Part shown: positions 9,083-18,058 of the stretch, piece by piece
Layout: the number at the start of each line of letters is the position of its first letter
Numbering within the stretch: the stretch's first letter is position 1
Source of the DNA: a virus
IMG/VR virus record: IMGVR_UViG_3300050821_009856
Span: 1 to 64,000 of that record
Length of the DNA stretch: 64,000 nucleotides
Reading direction: 5' to 3' (one strand)
Notes under the pieces: generated by a model
Seen by the model: the letters and a program-made list of their open reading frames with translations, nothing else
What the model was told of the DNA's origin: nothing
The model's database searches: none
Position numbers and translations under genes: made by a program

Positions 9083-10564
9083 CTACCCGTCCGACTCCCG
9101 GACCTGAACAACCTGCTCGTAAATCTTCCGCCTCGCCAACGCATGCCGATGCAGAACCTCTATGTTCGAGACGTCCACATCGATGATCTGGCACTCCGCC
9201 TTGCCAACCAGCTCGTGCTTCCTGGTACTACGACCGATAGCGCCCTGCATGACTTCAATCTCTGACTTGCCGCCGCGGAGATAGACCGTTGCCTTGTTAG
9301 CCTTGATGTCCGTTCCGGTAGCGATGCAGCTGGTCCCAACGAGAATCGGTAGCCTCCCGTCATTGAAGCGTTCGACCAGCTTGTCCGGATCTGACTTCTG
9401 GTACTCTAGAGGCAGAACATCCGACCCCGCTCCACCGCTGTGAGCGAAGCCAGCCTCGTGCCGAAGCATCGGGAGGAGCCTAGCAAACTGCTCTAGCTCT
9501 TCGACCAAGACCAGGACCTGGTAGCCGCAGAGCTTCACCAGCCGGTTGATAGTCATGGCTACGACCTGACAAACGTGCTGGTCGTAGAACAGGTGAGCCC
9601 TGGTCATCTCATTCGGGTCTCTGCCGCTAAAGCCCGAAGTAGATTCTACACTCAGCATTGTGACATTCAAACGAGCCAGGTAGCCCTGATCGATACCCTC
9701 CTTGACGGTCATCTTGGAGACGACCGGACCGGTGATGGCATCGAGCAGCAGGTCAAGTCCGTCATTCCGTAGCTGGGTACCAGAGAAGAAGTACCGGAAG
9801 GGGCTGGCCTTCATCATGCCAAAGCAAACCTTCTGCAGGGTGGTTGCCGGGCAGAGGTGGCTTTCGTCAGCAATAAATACTGGCGCTGCAGAAAAATACT
9901 CCCAAGCCTCCGAGCCAGGCTCAATTCTGGTTAGACTCTGGGCCGTAGCTACAGTCACCAGCTTGTTGATGTCATGCCTTCCATCGCCGTAACGACCAAC
10001 GACACGACGACCGAGGTCGTGTGCCATCGTGTCGTAGATCTGCTTAGCAATAGAAGTAGAGGGGGCCATGACAACAGCCCTGAGGCCAAGCTTTCTCACC
10101 AGGTAACGGATGATGAGTGTCTTACCCAATCCAGTACCTATTTCGACAGCAGAGTGCTCATTTGCTAGAAGCTCTGCCAGAGCTTTCTCCTGGTAGGGAT
10201 AAGGCTTCAGCGGATCCAACGCCCAGGGGAGGCTTTCTGCTGTAGGGTACTCGACGTCAGACTCGAATGGCGTACCGGGGAATGCATTCTGAATGTGTCT
10301 TTGCAAGCCTGTGTAGGTCCGGAACCCCTTCTCGTCTTTGAACAGGAGAGATTTGAAGCGACTTGCTTTCAATTCAGCCAGGCGTTCATCGTATGCTTCC
10401 TGGCCATACTTCTGAATGAACCAACCGGCATGCTTGAACTTCTGCAGCTCATAGTCTACTCGTTTGTCGTGATACTGCAGGTGTGCTGCCAGCATTACAG
10501 CTTCACTGCCAGGATTAACGCCGAGAATCCTCAGCTCGGTAGGGGAGACGGCATGCAGCTTCAT
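9083..10564 (-). CDS. Superfamily 2 DNA helicase (UvsW/XPB-like)
   Basis: PYPYQ, GTGLGKT, DESH, FSGT, TGTDI, QGAIGRSTR. Confidence 0.88.
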   Translation of the reverse strand: MKLHAVSPTELRILGVNPGSEAVMLAAHLQYHDKRVDYELQKFKHAGWFIQKYGQEAYDERLAELKASRFKSLLFKDEKGFRTYTGLQRHIQNAFPGTPFESDVEYPTAESLPWALDPLKPYPYQEKALAELLANEHSAVEIGTGLGKTLIIRYLVRKLGLRAVVMAPSTSIAKQIYDTMAHDLGRRVVGRYGDGRHDINKLVTVATAQSLTRIEPGSEAWEYFSAAPVFIADESHLCPATTLQKVCFGMMKASPFRYFFSGTQLRNDGLDLLLDAITGPVVSKMTVKEGIDQGYLARLNVTMLSVESTSGFSGRDPNEMTRAHLFYDQHVCQVVAMTINRLVKLCGYQVLVLVEELEQFARLLPMLRHEAGFAHSGGAGSDVLPLEYQKSDPDKLVERFNDGRLPILVGTSCIATGTDIKANKATVYLRGGKSEIEVMQGAIGRSTRKHELVGKAECQIIDVDVSNIEVLHRHALARRKIYEQVVQVRESDG

Positions 10565-11163
10565 GGCAGCATGAATGGAAGCTGCGGCAACCCTACAGGA
10601 TGCAGTAGCAACTGGAAGATGTACGACAGGGCTTGATCGGTTCTGTGCTTGCTGTCACCTGCCAAAGGCAGGTACCCCAACCAGGGGGCTTGTTCACTCA
10701 TGAGTGTTGGAAGCTTTTCGTCAATTTCATGGCTTTCTTTCATGCCATGGATACGGTTCGGGTCATCTCCAAAGCTAGGGAGAACCGTATGGACGTAGAA
10801 AGTCAAAGGCATGTGCTCTCGATGCACTTCGATTGCCTTCTGTACTGAAGCCTCTTTCCTCGCTGAAGGAGACATGTACAGCAAGCTGTTCAGGGGAGAG
10901 CTGTCTGTAACGATGACGACGTCAGGACCGCAGGCTGCCAGCATCATACTTTCAAGCTCAAGCTGCTTCCGCATGATGAGGATTTGGTCCAAATCCGTCA
11001 GGTGAACTGGAGCTTTGTAGACGGCACGACGCTCAGCAATGTACAGACGTGCCTGTTCAGGCAGAAACTCCGTGGCAACACCTCCATCCTTGAGGGCGGA
11101 GAACACCAGGGCAGCACAGGCGGTCTTGCCTGAGCATGGAGATCCGATGAAATTCACTAGCAT
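10561..11163 (-). CDS. P-loop kinase/ATPase (NadR/AAA_28-like)
   Basis: NFIGSPCSGKT, EQAR, IVTDSSPL, DPNRIH. Confidence 0.75.
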   Translation of the reverse strand: MLVNFIGSPCSGKTACAALVFSALKDGGVATEFLPEQARLYIAERRAVYKAPVHLTDLDQILIMRKQLELESMMLAACGPDVVIVTDSSPLNSLLYMSPSARKEASVQKAIEVHREHMPLTFYVHTVLPSFGDDPNRIHGMKESHEIDEKLPTLMSEQAPWLGYLPLAGDSKHRTDQALSYIFQLLLHPVGLPQLPFMLP

Positions 11164-11575
11164 GCCTATGACTATAGCGAGCGGATCTGGGGAGCGTAGC
11201 GACTGGCGCAGTTGTCTCAGGTTGGCAATCCTGGCAGTTCGGTGTAGCCAAGAGCATCGTCTTGTACGGATTGGCAGCGCTACCGTGTCCCGGTGTTTGC
11301 AATTTTGCTAGGGACCTCCGCGGTGGTTCAGAAGCGGCTTCGTAGAGATTTTCTAGCGGCTTCTCATGAGTCCCTGTAGCGGTCAATAATACATCCTGTA
11401 TTAGTCGCTATCGCTCCAAGAAAAATACTATAGTAATGCTAGCAGTTCATGCCAGCCCACCGCGGTGGCTCCCGCGGGGACTCAGAAGCGGCTCTATAGC
11501 GGCTATTGAGCGGACATCGAGCTTTTGGTGGGTCCATGTCCGCTCAAGGATTTTCTGACGCTATCGTTTCTTGGC
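11164..11575. other. Divergent intergenic region with short repeats and AT-rich core; candidate replication origin/regulatory hub
   Basis: CAGAAGCGGCT x2, TAGCGGCT x2, CCGCGGTGG x2 flanking an AT-rich core with AATACA-TCC-TGTATT and TACTATAGTA inverted repeats; strand-switch point. Confidence 0.4.
11171..11179 (-). promoter_or_regulatory. CGCTATAGT -10-type motif
   Basis: 7 nt before ATG 11163. Confidence 0.55.
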
Positions 11576-11773
11576 ATGGAGATCCTCGAATTACTGAAGC
11601 TGAATCCACACGTCACAGACAAGACAATCGCTGCAGCAACTGGCAAATCGGATCGCCAGATCCGGAGATACCTAAGGGGACTTGTCCAGACCGGCGCTAT
11701 CGTCTGTAGGACCAGGAAGGTCAAGTTGCAAGGCTGGTCTAACCAGCGAACCGTTGAGATCCAGGAGCGTTGA
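11576..11773 (+). CDS. Small winged-helix DNA-binding protein
   Basis: EILELLKLNPHVTDKTIAAATGKSDRQIRRYLRGLVQTGAI; leaderless start after CGCTATCGT. Confidence 0.7.
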   Translation: MEILELLKLNPHVTDKTIAAATGKSDRQIRRYLRGLVQTGAIVCRTRKVKLQGWSNQRTVEIQER

Positions 11774-13635
11774 TGTCCCTCTCGTATCGGAAGGTGAAGT
11801 CGGTAGGTAAGTTCGTCCTCACGCGTCAAGATGGTGGTCGGTTGGAAGCGGTGGTCAACAAGACCATGAAGACGCTCCGGAACATCGTCGGTGGAACCTT
11901 GGGACCTGGTGGACAGCCAGTTCTCATCGAGCGTCAGGAAGACAACATGCCGCCGATCGTCACGAAGGACGGGGTCACCGTCTTCCGGCACATGGGCTTT
12001 GAGGACCCGACCGCGGAGGTGGTACTTGAGGCCGCCCGGGATGCGGCGATCCGGACCGCGACTGAAGCTGGAGACGGTACCACAACGGCTACAGTTCTCT
12101 CTGAGGCCATTGTCCGGCTGACCAAGGAGTTCTGCGCCAAGCACCGAGATCAGAGCCCCCAGAAGGTTGTGCGGAGCCTACAGACAGCCTTTCAGTCCAT
12201 CATCGAACCGACCCTGAAGAGCCTGGCCATGCAAGCCTCAATGGAGACTGAAGAGGGCAAGGGCCTTCTGTACAACGTGGCACGCATCAGTTCTAACGGG
12301 GACACAGACCTGGCGAAAGCGGTCATGAAGTGCTTTGACATCGTCGGCGATGGCGGGAACGTCACAATCGCCGAGGTCAGTGGTCCCTACGGGTACGAGG
12401 TCGAACAGGTTGACGGGTATCCGATTCCCAACATGGGTTTCGAGGACTCGCTCGGGAAGTACGCCCCCGGCTTCATCACCGACCAAGCGGGTCAGCGCGT
12501 GTGGTTGGACAATCCGTTCTTCGTCGTCTTCCACGGGAAAATCACTGAGGTCCAGTCAATGCGTATTCTCATGGAGAAAATCTATGAGAACTGGCAGAAC
12601 CCTGGGGCCGGTTACCGGCGACACAATGTTGTCATTGTGGCCACTGGTTTCAGCGATTCCGTCGTGGGCCAGATGTACGTCAACATGACGGACCAGGGGA
12701 CCATCAACGTGGTCCCATTGACGGCTCCGCTGAGCCCCGTCCCGGGTGGCCAGCTGGCTCTCCTGGAGGATATCTGTGCCTTCACCGGTGCCAAACTCCT
12801 TGACCCGTTGTCGAACCCCCTGGACACGGCCAACTTGGAGGACTGTGGGACCTACGCGAAAGGGTTCGAGATGACCAGGTTCCGGACCACCATTTTCCCG
12901 ATGGATCCACAGCCGGTCATTGACCAGAACGGCAACGTTCTGACGACCGACCGCGGTGAGACCGTGTACGGTGACATGCCGAATGCTCTGACTGTCGGAG
13001 CCCGCATCGACATCCTGGAGCAGCACGCCAAGGACGCCATCTCTGGATTGGATGCCAGTATCGTCCAGGAGCGGATCGGCAAGCTGACCGGTGGCATCGC
13101 TCGCCTGAAGGTCGTTGGCTCCTCTTCTGGTGAGAACCGGGAGCGTCGCGACCGAGCCGAGGATGCTGTTTGTGCCGTTCGTGGGACCATCAAATACGGC
13201 TGCCTCCCTGGTGGAGGATGGGGACTACTGCGTGCCGCTGGTTCGCTCACTGGACCGGATCCAGACCCTGTGTACACGGACGTTTTGAGGCCAGCTCTCC
13301 TGGAGCCCGTGCACATGCTCTTTGACAACTGCGGGTTCACGAAGGAGGATTCTGGCAAGGCCATTGACGTCTTGGCTCATCAGCCCGAGCAGATCTTCGA
13401 CTTGCTGGAGATGAAGATGGTCGATGCCAAGACGGGTGGCCTCTTCGATAGCCTGCCTGCTGTTCTGGAGGCCATCCGGAACTCTCTATCGATTGCTTCT
13501 TTGCTTGGAACTCTGGGCGGGACAATCGTCTTCAATCGAGACTCTGACCTGGAGCGTTCGGAGGCCAAAGAGACGCGGAGCTTCCTTCGAGACGCTAATG
13601 AGGTACAGGACTATGTAAATGAACGGCCTCTCTGA
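11773..13635 (+). CDS. groEL: Phage chaperonin, GroEL/Cpn60-like
   Basis: TLGPGG, TKDGVTV, AGDGTTTATVL, ERIGKLTGGIA, PGGG motifs; about 620 aa. Confidence 0.93.
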   Translation: MSLSYRKVKSVGKFVLTRQDGGRLEAVVNKTMKTLRNIVGGTLGPGGQPVLIERQEDNMPPIVTKDGVTVFRHMGFEDPTAEVVLEAARDAAIRTATEAGDGTTTATVLSEAIVRLTKEFCAKHRDQSPQKVVRSLQTAFQSIIEPTLKSLAMQASMETEEGKGLLYNVARISSNGDTDLAKAVMKCFDIVGDGGNVTIAEVSGPYGYEVEQVDGYPIPNMGFEDSLGKYAPGFITDQAGQRVWLDNPFFVVFHGKITEVQSMRILMEKIYENWQNPGAGYRRHNVVIVATGFSDSVVGQMYVNMTDQGTINVVPLTAPLSPVPGGQLALLEDICAFTGAKLLDPLSNPLDTANLEDCGTYAKGFEMTRFRTTIFPMDPQPVIDQNGNVLTTDRGETVYGDMPNALTVGARIDILEQHAKDAISGLDASIVQERIGKLTGGIARLKVVGSSSGENRERRDRAEDAVCAVRGTIKYGCLPGGGWGLLRAAGSLTGPDPDPVYTDVLRPALLEPVHMLFDNCGFTKEDSGKAIDVLAHQPEQIFDLLEMKMVDAKTGGLFDSLPAVLEAIRNSLSIASLLGTLGGTIVFNRDSDLERSEAKETRSFLRDANEVQDYVNERPL

Positions 13636-13716
13636 TGCCTAGGAGTAATAAGGCAGGCAGAGCTGCGTACATGAGAAAATGGAGGCACGCCTTGCCTCCC
13701 GAAAAGAAAGGATGAT

Positions 13717-14073
13717 GTGATGATCAAGTTGAACGTGAGGGAGCGGACATACCGAGGGAATGGCATATGCGAGGCACTTAGTGACCTCCTCTACAATTCC
13801 CCGTACAGCAACGTTCCTGTTGAACTTCGAGTCGGCGACAGGGCCCTTCGTTTGATGCCCACCCGGTACGATATGCGACCCACTTATCGCAACTACGATT
13901 ACTGCCTCCCTGAGTACAATTTCGACATGGAGTTTCAGTGCGTCGGCGACATCAGGGTCGTCAAACCTGATCCCAAAATCGCTGAGCTTGAGCAGAGCCT
14001 GAAGCTCGTTGAGGCTCAACGAGACGCCAACGCTGCTCGGGTCAAGGACCTTGAAGCGAGGTTCGAGAAGTAG
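13717..14073 (+). CDS. Hypothetical protein with shared C-terminal coiled-coil tag
   Basis: 118 aa; last 30 aa nearly identical to those of 44124..44576. Confidence 0.65.
   Translation: MMIKLNVRERTYRGNGICEALSDLLYNSPYSNVPVELRVGDRALRLMPTRYDMRPTYRNYDYCLPEYNFDMEFQCVGDIRVVKPDPKIAELEQSLKLVEAQRDANAARVKDLEARFEK
13981..14070 (+). repeat. Dispersed 90-bp coding repeat, copy 1 (copy 2 at 44481..44570)
   Basis: Direct comparison: 29 of 30 codons encode the same residue. Confidence 0.9.
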
Positions 14074-14358
14074 ATGCCGGTCTACTACTTCAAGTGCCCG
14101 GACGGTGGGTGCCTCGGGACGGGCCGAAGTCGCATTACGAAAAGCGCGATGATGGCCGGCGCTCGACTCGAACCTATGGTTTGTATCGTTTGTGGTAAGA
14201 CGATGGTGCGGGCACCTAAGCCGGCAACCTCCAACGTAGTAGAGACCCTGGACAACGGAGTCATGTCTCGTCGTATTGAGCGTCCCGCCGACGCTGAGCG
14301 CTTGTTCAAAGAACGGGCTGCCGCGGACCAGGACCGAATCAACAACCCGAAGCTGTAG
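14074..14358 (+). CDS. FmdB-like zinc-ribbon protein
   Basis: MPVYYFKCPDGGC...CIVCGKTMVR. Confidence 0.65.
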   Translation: MPVYYFKCPDGGCLGTGRSRITKSAMMAGARLEPMVCIVCGKTMVRAPKPATSNVVETLDNGVMSRRIERPADAERLFKERAAADQDRINNPKL

Positions 14359-14359
14359 C

Positions 14360-14368
14360 CGCTATACT
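14360..14368 (+). promoter_or_regulatory. CGCTATACT -10-type motif, leaderless sbcC
   Basis: 7 nt before ATG 14376, no SD. Confidence 0.55.
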
Positions 14369-14375
14369 ACCAGCG

Positions 14376-16499
14376 ATGGGTGTCGTTCGTCTCGTTTCCC
14401 TGCTGATGGAGAACTTCCGGTCGCATCGGAAGTCCTTTGTCGTGTTTCCTAAGACCGGTATGATGCTGGTCCGTGGCTTTAACCGGGACACAGGTGGAAG
14501 TTCCTACGCCGGTAAGTCGTCGATCGGCTTAGCCATCGCCTACGTCAACGAGGCCGGTATGCCGTTCTCTGCCAAGGACCAGAAGTCGTGGTATGCCGAC
14601 GGCGGCATGGTCGTCGAAGAGGTTCTAGAGACTGACGCCGGATTGTACACGGTTCGCCGCGGTGCCCAGTACACTGTGACTAGGCCAGATGGATCGAAGG
14701 CCTCTGGGTCGGCCGCCGTCCAGGCTGAACTCCAGAAGGTCTTCGGGGCCCCCACAGACATGCTGGCGCCGTTGATTTACAAGCCCCAGGGCAAGGCTGG
14801 CAGGTACCTCTGGATGGAGCCCGCCCATAAGCGTGACTTCTTGGCACGGGTCCTGGGGATCCAGCAACTGGAAGAGTTGGCGGCTGAATCTCAAAAGAAA
14901 ATCAGTGGGTTGGAAAACGAGTACCAGGCATCGCGGTTCAGGCTCGTAACCGCGGAGAACCGGGTCCGTGATCTGTCAAGCCGTTTGACACTAGAGACGG
15001 TAGACGTCCAGCTGCTTGAGGAGCGGGTTACCGCGGGCGCCTTACAGCTGGCGGCCGCCGTCGATGCGACGAAGACCCTGGAGGGCCTGGAGTCGTCTTA
15101 CAGGGAGAAGCGAGAACAGGTGGCCGCCGAGATTGCTGTCCCATTCCGTGGCCGCCTATCCGTGGTGGAGGCAGAACGCCGAGCCATCATCGGTGCAGGT
15201 CCGGAACTGTATGCGGCACTGGAGTCGGGCGAGGAGCGTCTGGCAAAGCTCGTAGCTCAGGATAGGGAGGCCACCGCAGCTGTTGCCACTGCGCGTGCTG
15301 TCCTATCATCTCAGATCGGCAGCCTCCAAGTTGAGGTTCGGCAGGAAGATCGGCTGAATACAGAACGGGACAAAATTCTTGACGAATTAGAGGTCCTGAA
15401 GACAGAGGCTTGCCCTACCTGTGAACGACCAGGTTGGAAGAACAGTGGCGCCAGATCCGTAGAACTCTCGACCCGCCTCGCTCAAATCCTTGGGACAGAA
15501 TTGGTCGGTATCGACCTGAAGAAGGCCTTGCTTGATGAGGCGCAGCGGCGACTGACGCAAACAATCCATGTTCGCGATTCAAGGATAGATATTTTCCAGC
15601 AAGCTGTCGCGAATATAAAACAACAGATCGATGCACGACATAAGGCAGAGAAACAGAGGCAGTTCTCCCTTGCCGATGAGGCGGACAAGATTCAAGCGGA
15701 GTGTGCTCGGGCCGTCTCGAATCAACTCCGAGAGTTCGACGCCGATGCTGCAGCGGCAGGGAAGAAGCTGAAGGAAGCTCGGGAGCGTCTGTTCTTGGCT
15801 AGAACGGCGCATGCCGATGCCACCACGAACCTGAGGGTCACCAAGCAGGAGAACGACAGGCGGACGCAGGAATACGAGGACAGGAAGGGCGAGCTAGCTG
15901 TTGCCGAGAAGGCTCTGGAAGCTGCCCGAGAAGACCAGGCGGCTCGCCAGCAAGCTGTCAGCGCCGAGCGTGACTTCGTGGCGATGATCCGCAGCTTCTT
16001 GACGGCCATCTTTGACGAAGTCCTGGTGGCCATCAGCGATCGTGCCAACGCCATCCTCGGGGCCGTGGCAAACACGGCACATGTTAGCATTCGGTTCTTC
16101 ACGGAAGCAGTTAACAGCAAGGGCGAAGCGCGTCAGCAAATCACTACTGCTTGCACCATCAGTGGATTTCCTGCAGACCTGGAGTCAGGGAACAGCGGCG
16201 GTATGTTCTCGTCTGTCGACCTCGCTGTCGATCGGGCCCTCGCAGAAATCATCAGCGAGCGATCCAACTGCCGGCCCGGTTGGGTCTTCCTCGATGAAGC
16301 TTGGGAAGGCATGGATGCCGTCACCAAGGAATCCTGTATGGAGGTCCTCCAGAAGCAGGCTCAAGATAAGTTGATCCTGGTCGTTGACCACGGCAGCGAA
16401 ACAAAGGAACTCTTTACCAGCTTTCTGGATGTGGAGTTCAAGAACGGCATTTCTACAGTTCAAACGAAGGAGGCACCAGGTGCAGCTCAAAGCGTCTGA
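14376..16499 (+). CDS. sbcC: SbcC/Rad50-like (gp46-like) SMC ATPase
   Basis: ENFRSH, GKSS, long coiled coil with CPTC hook, SGG signature, FLDEA, VVDH. Confidence 0.88.
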   Translation: MGVVRLVSLLMENFRSHRKSFVVFPKTGMMLVRGFNRDTGGSSYAGKSSIGLAIAYVNEAGMPFSAKDQKSWYADGGMVVEEVLETDAGLYTVRRGAQYTVTRPDGSKASGSAAVQAELQKVFGAPTDMLAPLIYKPQGKAGRYLWMEPAHKRDFLARVLGIQQLEELAAESQKKISGLENEYQASRFRLVTAENRVRDLSSRLTLETVDVQLLEERVTAGALQLAAAVDATKTLEGLESSYREKREQVAAEIAVPFRGRLSVVEAERRAIIGAGPELYAALESGEERLAKLVAQDREATAAVATARAVLSSQIGSLQVEVRQEDRLNTERDKILDELEVLKTEACPTCERPGWKNSGARSVELSTRLAQILGTELVGIDLKKALLDEAQRRLTQTIHVRDSRIDIFQQAVANIKQQIDARHKAEKQRQFSLADEADKIQAECARAVSNQLREFDADAAAAGKKLKEARERLFLARTAHADATTNLRVTKQENDRRTQEYEDRKGELAVAEKALEAAREDQAARQQAVSAERDFVAMIRSFLTAIFDEVLVAISDRANAILGAVANTAHVSIRFFTEAVNSKGEARQQITTACTISGFPADLESGNSGGMFSSVDLAVDRALAEIISERSNCRPGWVFLDEAWEGMDAVTKESCMEVLQKQAQDKLILVVDHGSETKELFTSFLDVEFKNGISTVQTKEAPGAAQSV

Positions 16500-16767
16500 C
16501 GTCCTCGATGTCATCTCGATAGCCAGAAAATTCTTCATCGAATTACCTGCCGCGGCTCAGTTGCCGCAGATGACGAGACGGCTTGATGAAGCAGAGCGCC
16601 GAGCCTTGGCTTTTTTTCAGGGTTCTCTGAACTTGATGAATCGCCGCGGCCTGCTCAGGTCTGACCTGAAGCCAGGCGATCTGGATCTAGAATACGAGAT
16701 CGCCGACAGTCAGGTTGTCTCTGCTGAGTACGAAACTGAAGCGTCGACCCCCGCCAAGTCGCTATAG
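16480..16767 (+). CDS. Hypothetical protein
   Basis: GTG 16480 with AAGGAGG RBS, in frame with track ORF 16384..16767. Confidence 0.6.
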   Translation: MQLKASDVLDVISIARKFFIELPAAAQLPQMTRRLDEAERRALAFFQGSLNLMNRRGLLRSDLKPGDLDLEYEIADSQVVSAEYETEASTPAKSL

Positions 16768-16787
16768 TAGGCGGCAAGGAGACTTCA

Positions 16788-17378
16788 ATGGGACGACCGA
16801 AGGGCAGCAAGAACAAGGTGCAGCACGCTCCGAAGGACAAGATCGAGTACTGGAAGGCCGAAGAGCCCGAGGTGCTCGGGAAGGATTTGATTTCCAAGTT
16901 CCACACCCATCTTGCCACAGCGAAGATGTGCTACCTCTTCCGGACCAAGGCTCGGTCGAAGGGCACCAAGGTTGTTCTCGGTACGGCCGGTCGTCTCAGC
17001 GACAAGATCAAGGCACTTGCCGACTTTGACTTCATCATCGAGATCGGCTACGACGAGTGGCGCAATTTGAATGTCACGCAGAAGCAGGCCCTCGTTGACC
17101 ACGAGCTGTGCCACTGTGGCGGTGAGGAGGATCCGCAGACGGGCGGGATGAAGTGGGGGCTTCTTCAGCATGACCTCGAAGAGTTTCGGGAAATCGTCGG
17201 CCGCTACGGCTTTTGGAAGACCGATATCAAGGACTTCGTCCAATCGGTGAAGAAGGATCCAGAGGCTGTCGCTCCCATCAACACGCACACGGAAGCTCTG
17301 GAGCGGCACACCAAGCTCGCCGAGGAAACGCACTCGCGAGTGGACGCCCTGGTTGACGAAGCTGCTGCTGCGGCGTAG
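16788..17378 (+). CDS. Putative phage metallopeptidase with N-terminal AT-hook-like motif
   Basis: LVDHELCH (HExxH), HDLEEF; N-terminus GRPKGSKNK. Confidence 0.7.
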   Translation: MGRPKGSKNKVQHAPKDKIEYWKAEEPEVLGKDLISKFHTHLATAKMCYLFRTKARSKGTKVVLGTAGRLSDKIKALADFDFIIEIGYDEWRNLNVTQKQALVDHELCHCGGEEDPQTGGMKWGLLQHDLEEFREIVGRYGFWKTDIKDFVQSVKKDPEAVAPINTHTEALERHTKLAEETHSRVDALVDEAAAAA

Positions 17379-17414
17379 TATTGCCCTGTAGTCAACTCAA
17401 CCAAGGAGCCTCAG

Positions 17415-17708
17415 ATGTCCGAGAAGAAAGAGTACACGCCAGGCGGTAAGTCCAAATACGCTCACCGGAAGGCTCGGCGGGCCAATGGGGGCTCGCCTGC
17501 CAGTCGTGAGCAGATGCCCTGGTACTACCTCACGGTGACCCAGGACTTTGCTCAGCGTGAGCGTGATCAGGAGAAGGTCCGGGCGGCCGGGAAGAAGCTC
17601 AGCGCCAATCCGTTGCGTCCGTGGGGCGCCGAGCCCGAGCGTCGGTTGACGGAGCAAGAGTTGGCCATCATCGAGATGGAGGAGACCCAGGTCGCTGCGG
17701 CTGCGTAG
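17415..17708 (+). CDS. Hypothetical protein
   Basis: AAGGAG RBS, 97 aa. Confidence 0.65.
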   Translation: MSEKKEYTPGGKSKYAHRKARRANGGSPASREQMPWYYLTVTQDFAQRERDQEKVRAAGKKLSANPLRPWGAEPERRLTEQELAIIEMEETQVAAAA

Positions 17709-17743
17709 GAATCTTCGGTCAGGGCGGCGGGTCGGTTGGGGAG

Positions 17744-18058
17744 ATGATCAAGGTTCCATCTGCAGCGACATTGAGGAAGTACGGCTTGACCGATGTGACC
17801 TGGCTGGCGATTCTTGCCAGCCAGGGTAATGTCTGTCCGATCTGCAACAAGGTCCCGACTACTGGTCGGTTCGTGACAGACCACTACCACGTTAAGGGAT
17901 TCAAAGACCTTCCATTTGAAGAGAAGGCTCAGTGGGTCAGGGGCGTGACTTGCTGGTGGTGCAATAGCGTTTTCCTGGGTCGCGGCGTTACCATCGAGAA
18001 GGCCCAGGCTGTGGTAGACTACCTCAAGGCGTTCAAGGCCCGTATGGAGAAGCAATGA
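17744..18058 (+). CDS. Endonuclease VII-family (Holliday junction resolvase-like)
   Basis: KYGLT, QGNVCPIC, VTDHYH, VRGVTCWWCN. Confidence 0.8.
   Translation: MIKVPSAATLRKYGLTDVTWLAILASQGNVCPICNKVPTTGRFVTDHYHVKGFKDLPFEEKAQWVRGVTCWWCNSVFLGRGVTIEKAQAVVDYLKAFKARMEKQ

Noticed and set aside
13635-13715. 26-codon ORF MPRSNKAGRAAYMRKWR...
   Set aside because: Too short to support; may be a remnant of an endonuclease N-terminus.
14071-14076. In-frame TAG-ATG junction (and in-frame TAG at 40187) suggesting amber recoding
   Set aside because: Large conserved genes are intact under code 11, and other TAG stops are followed by out-of-frame starts; no suppressor tRNA seen.
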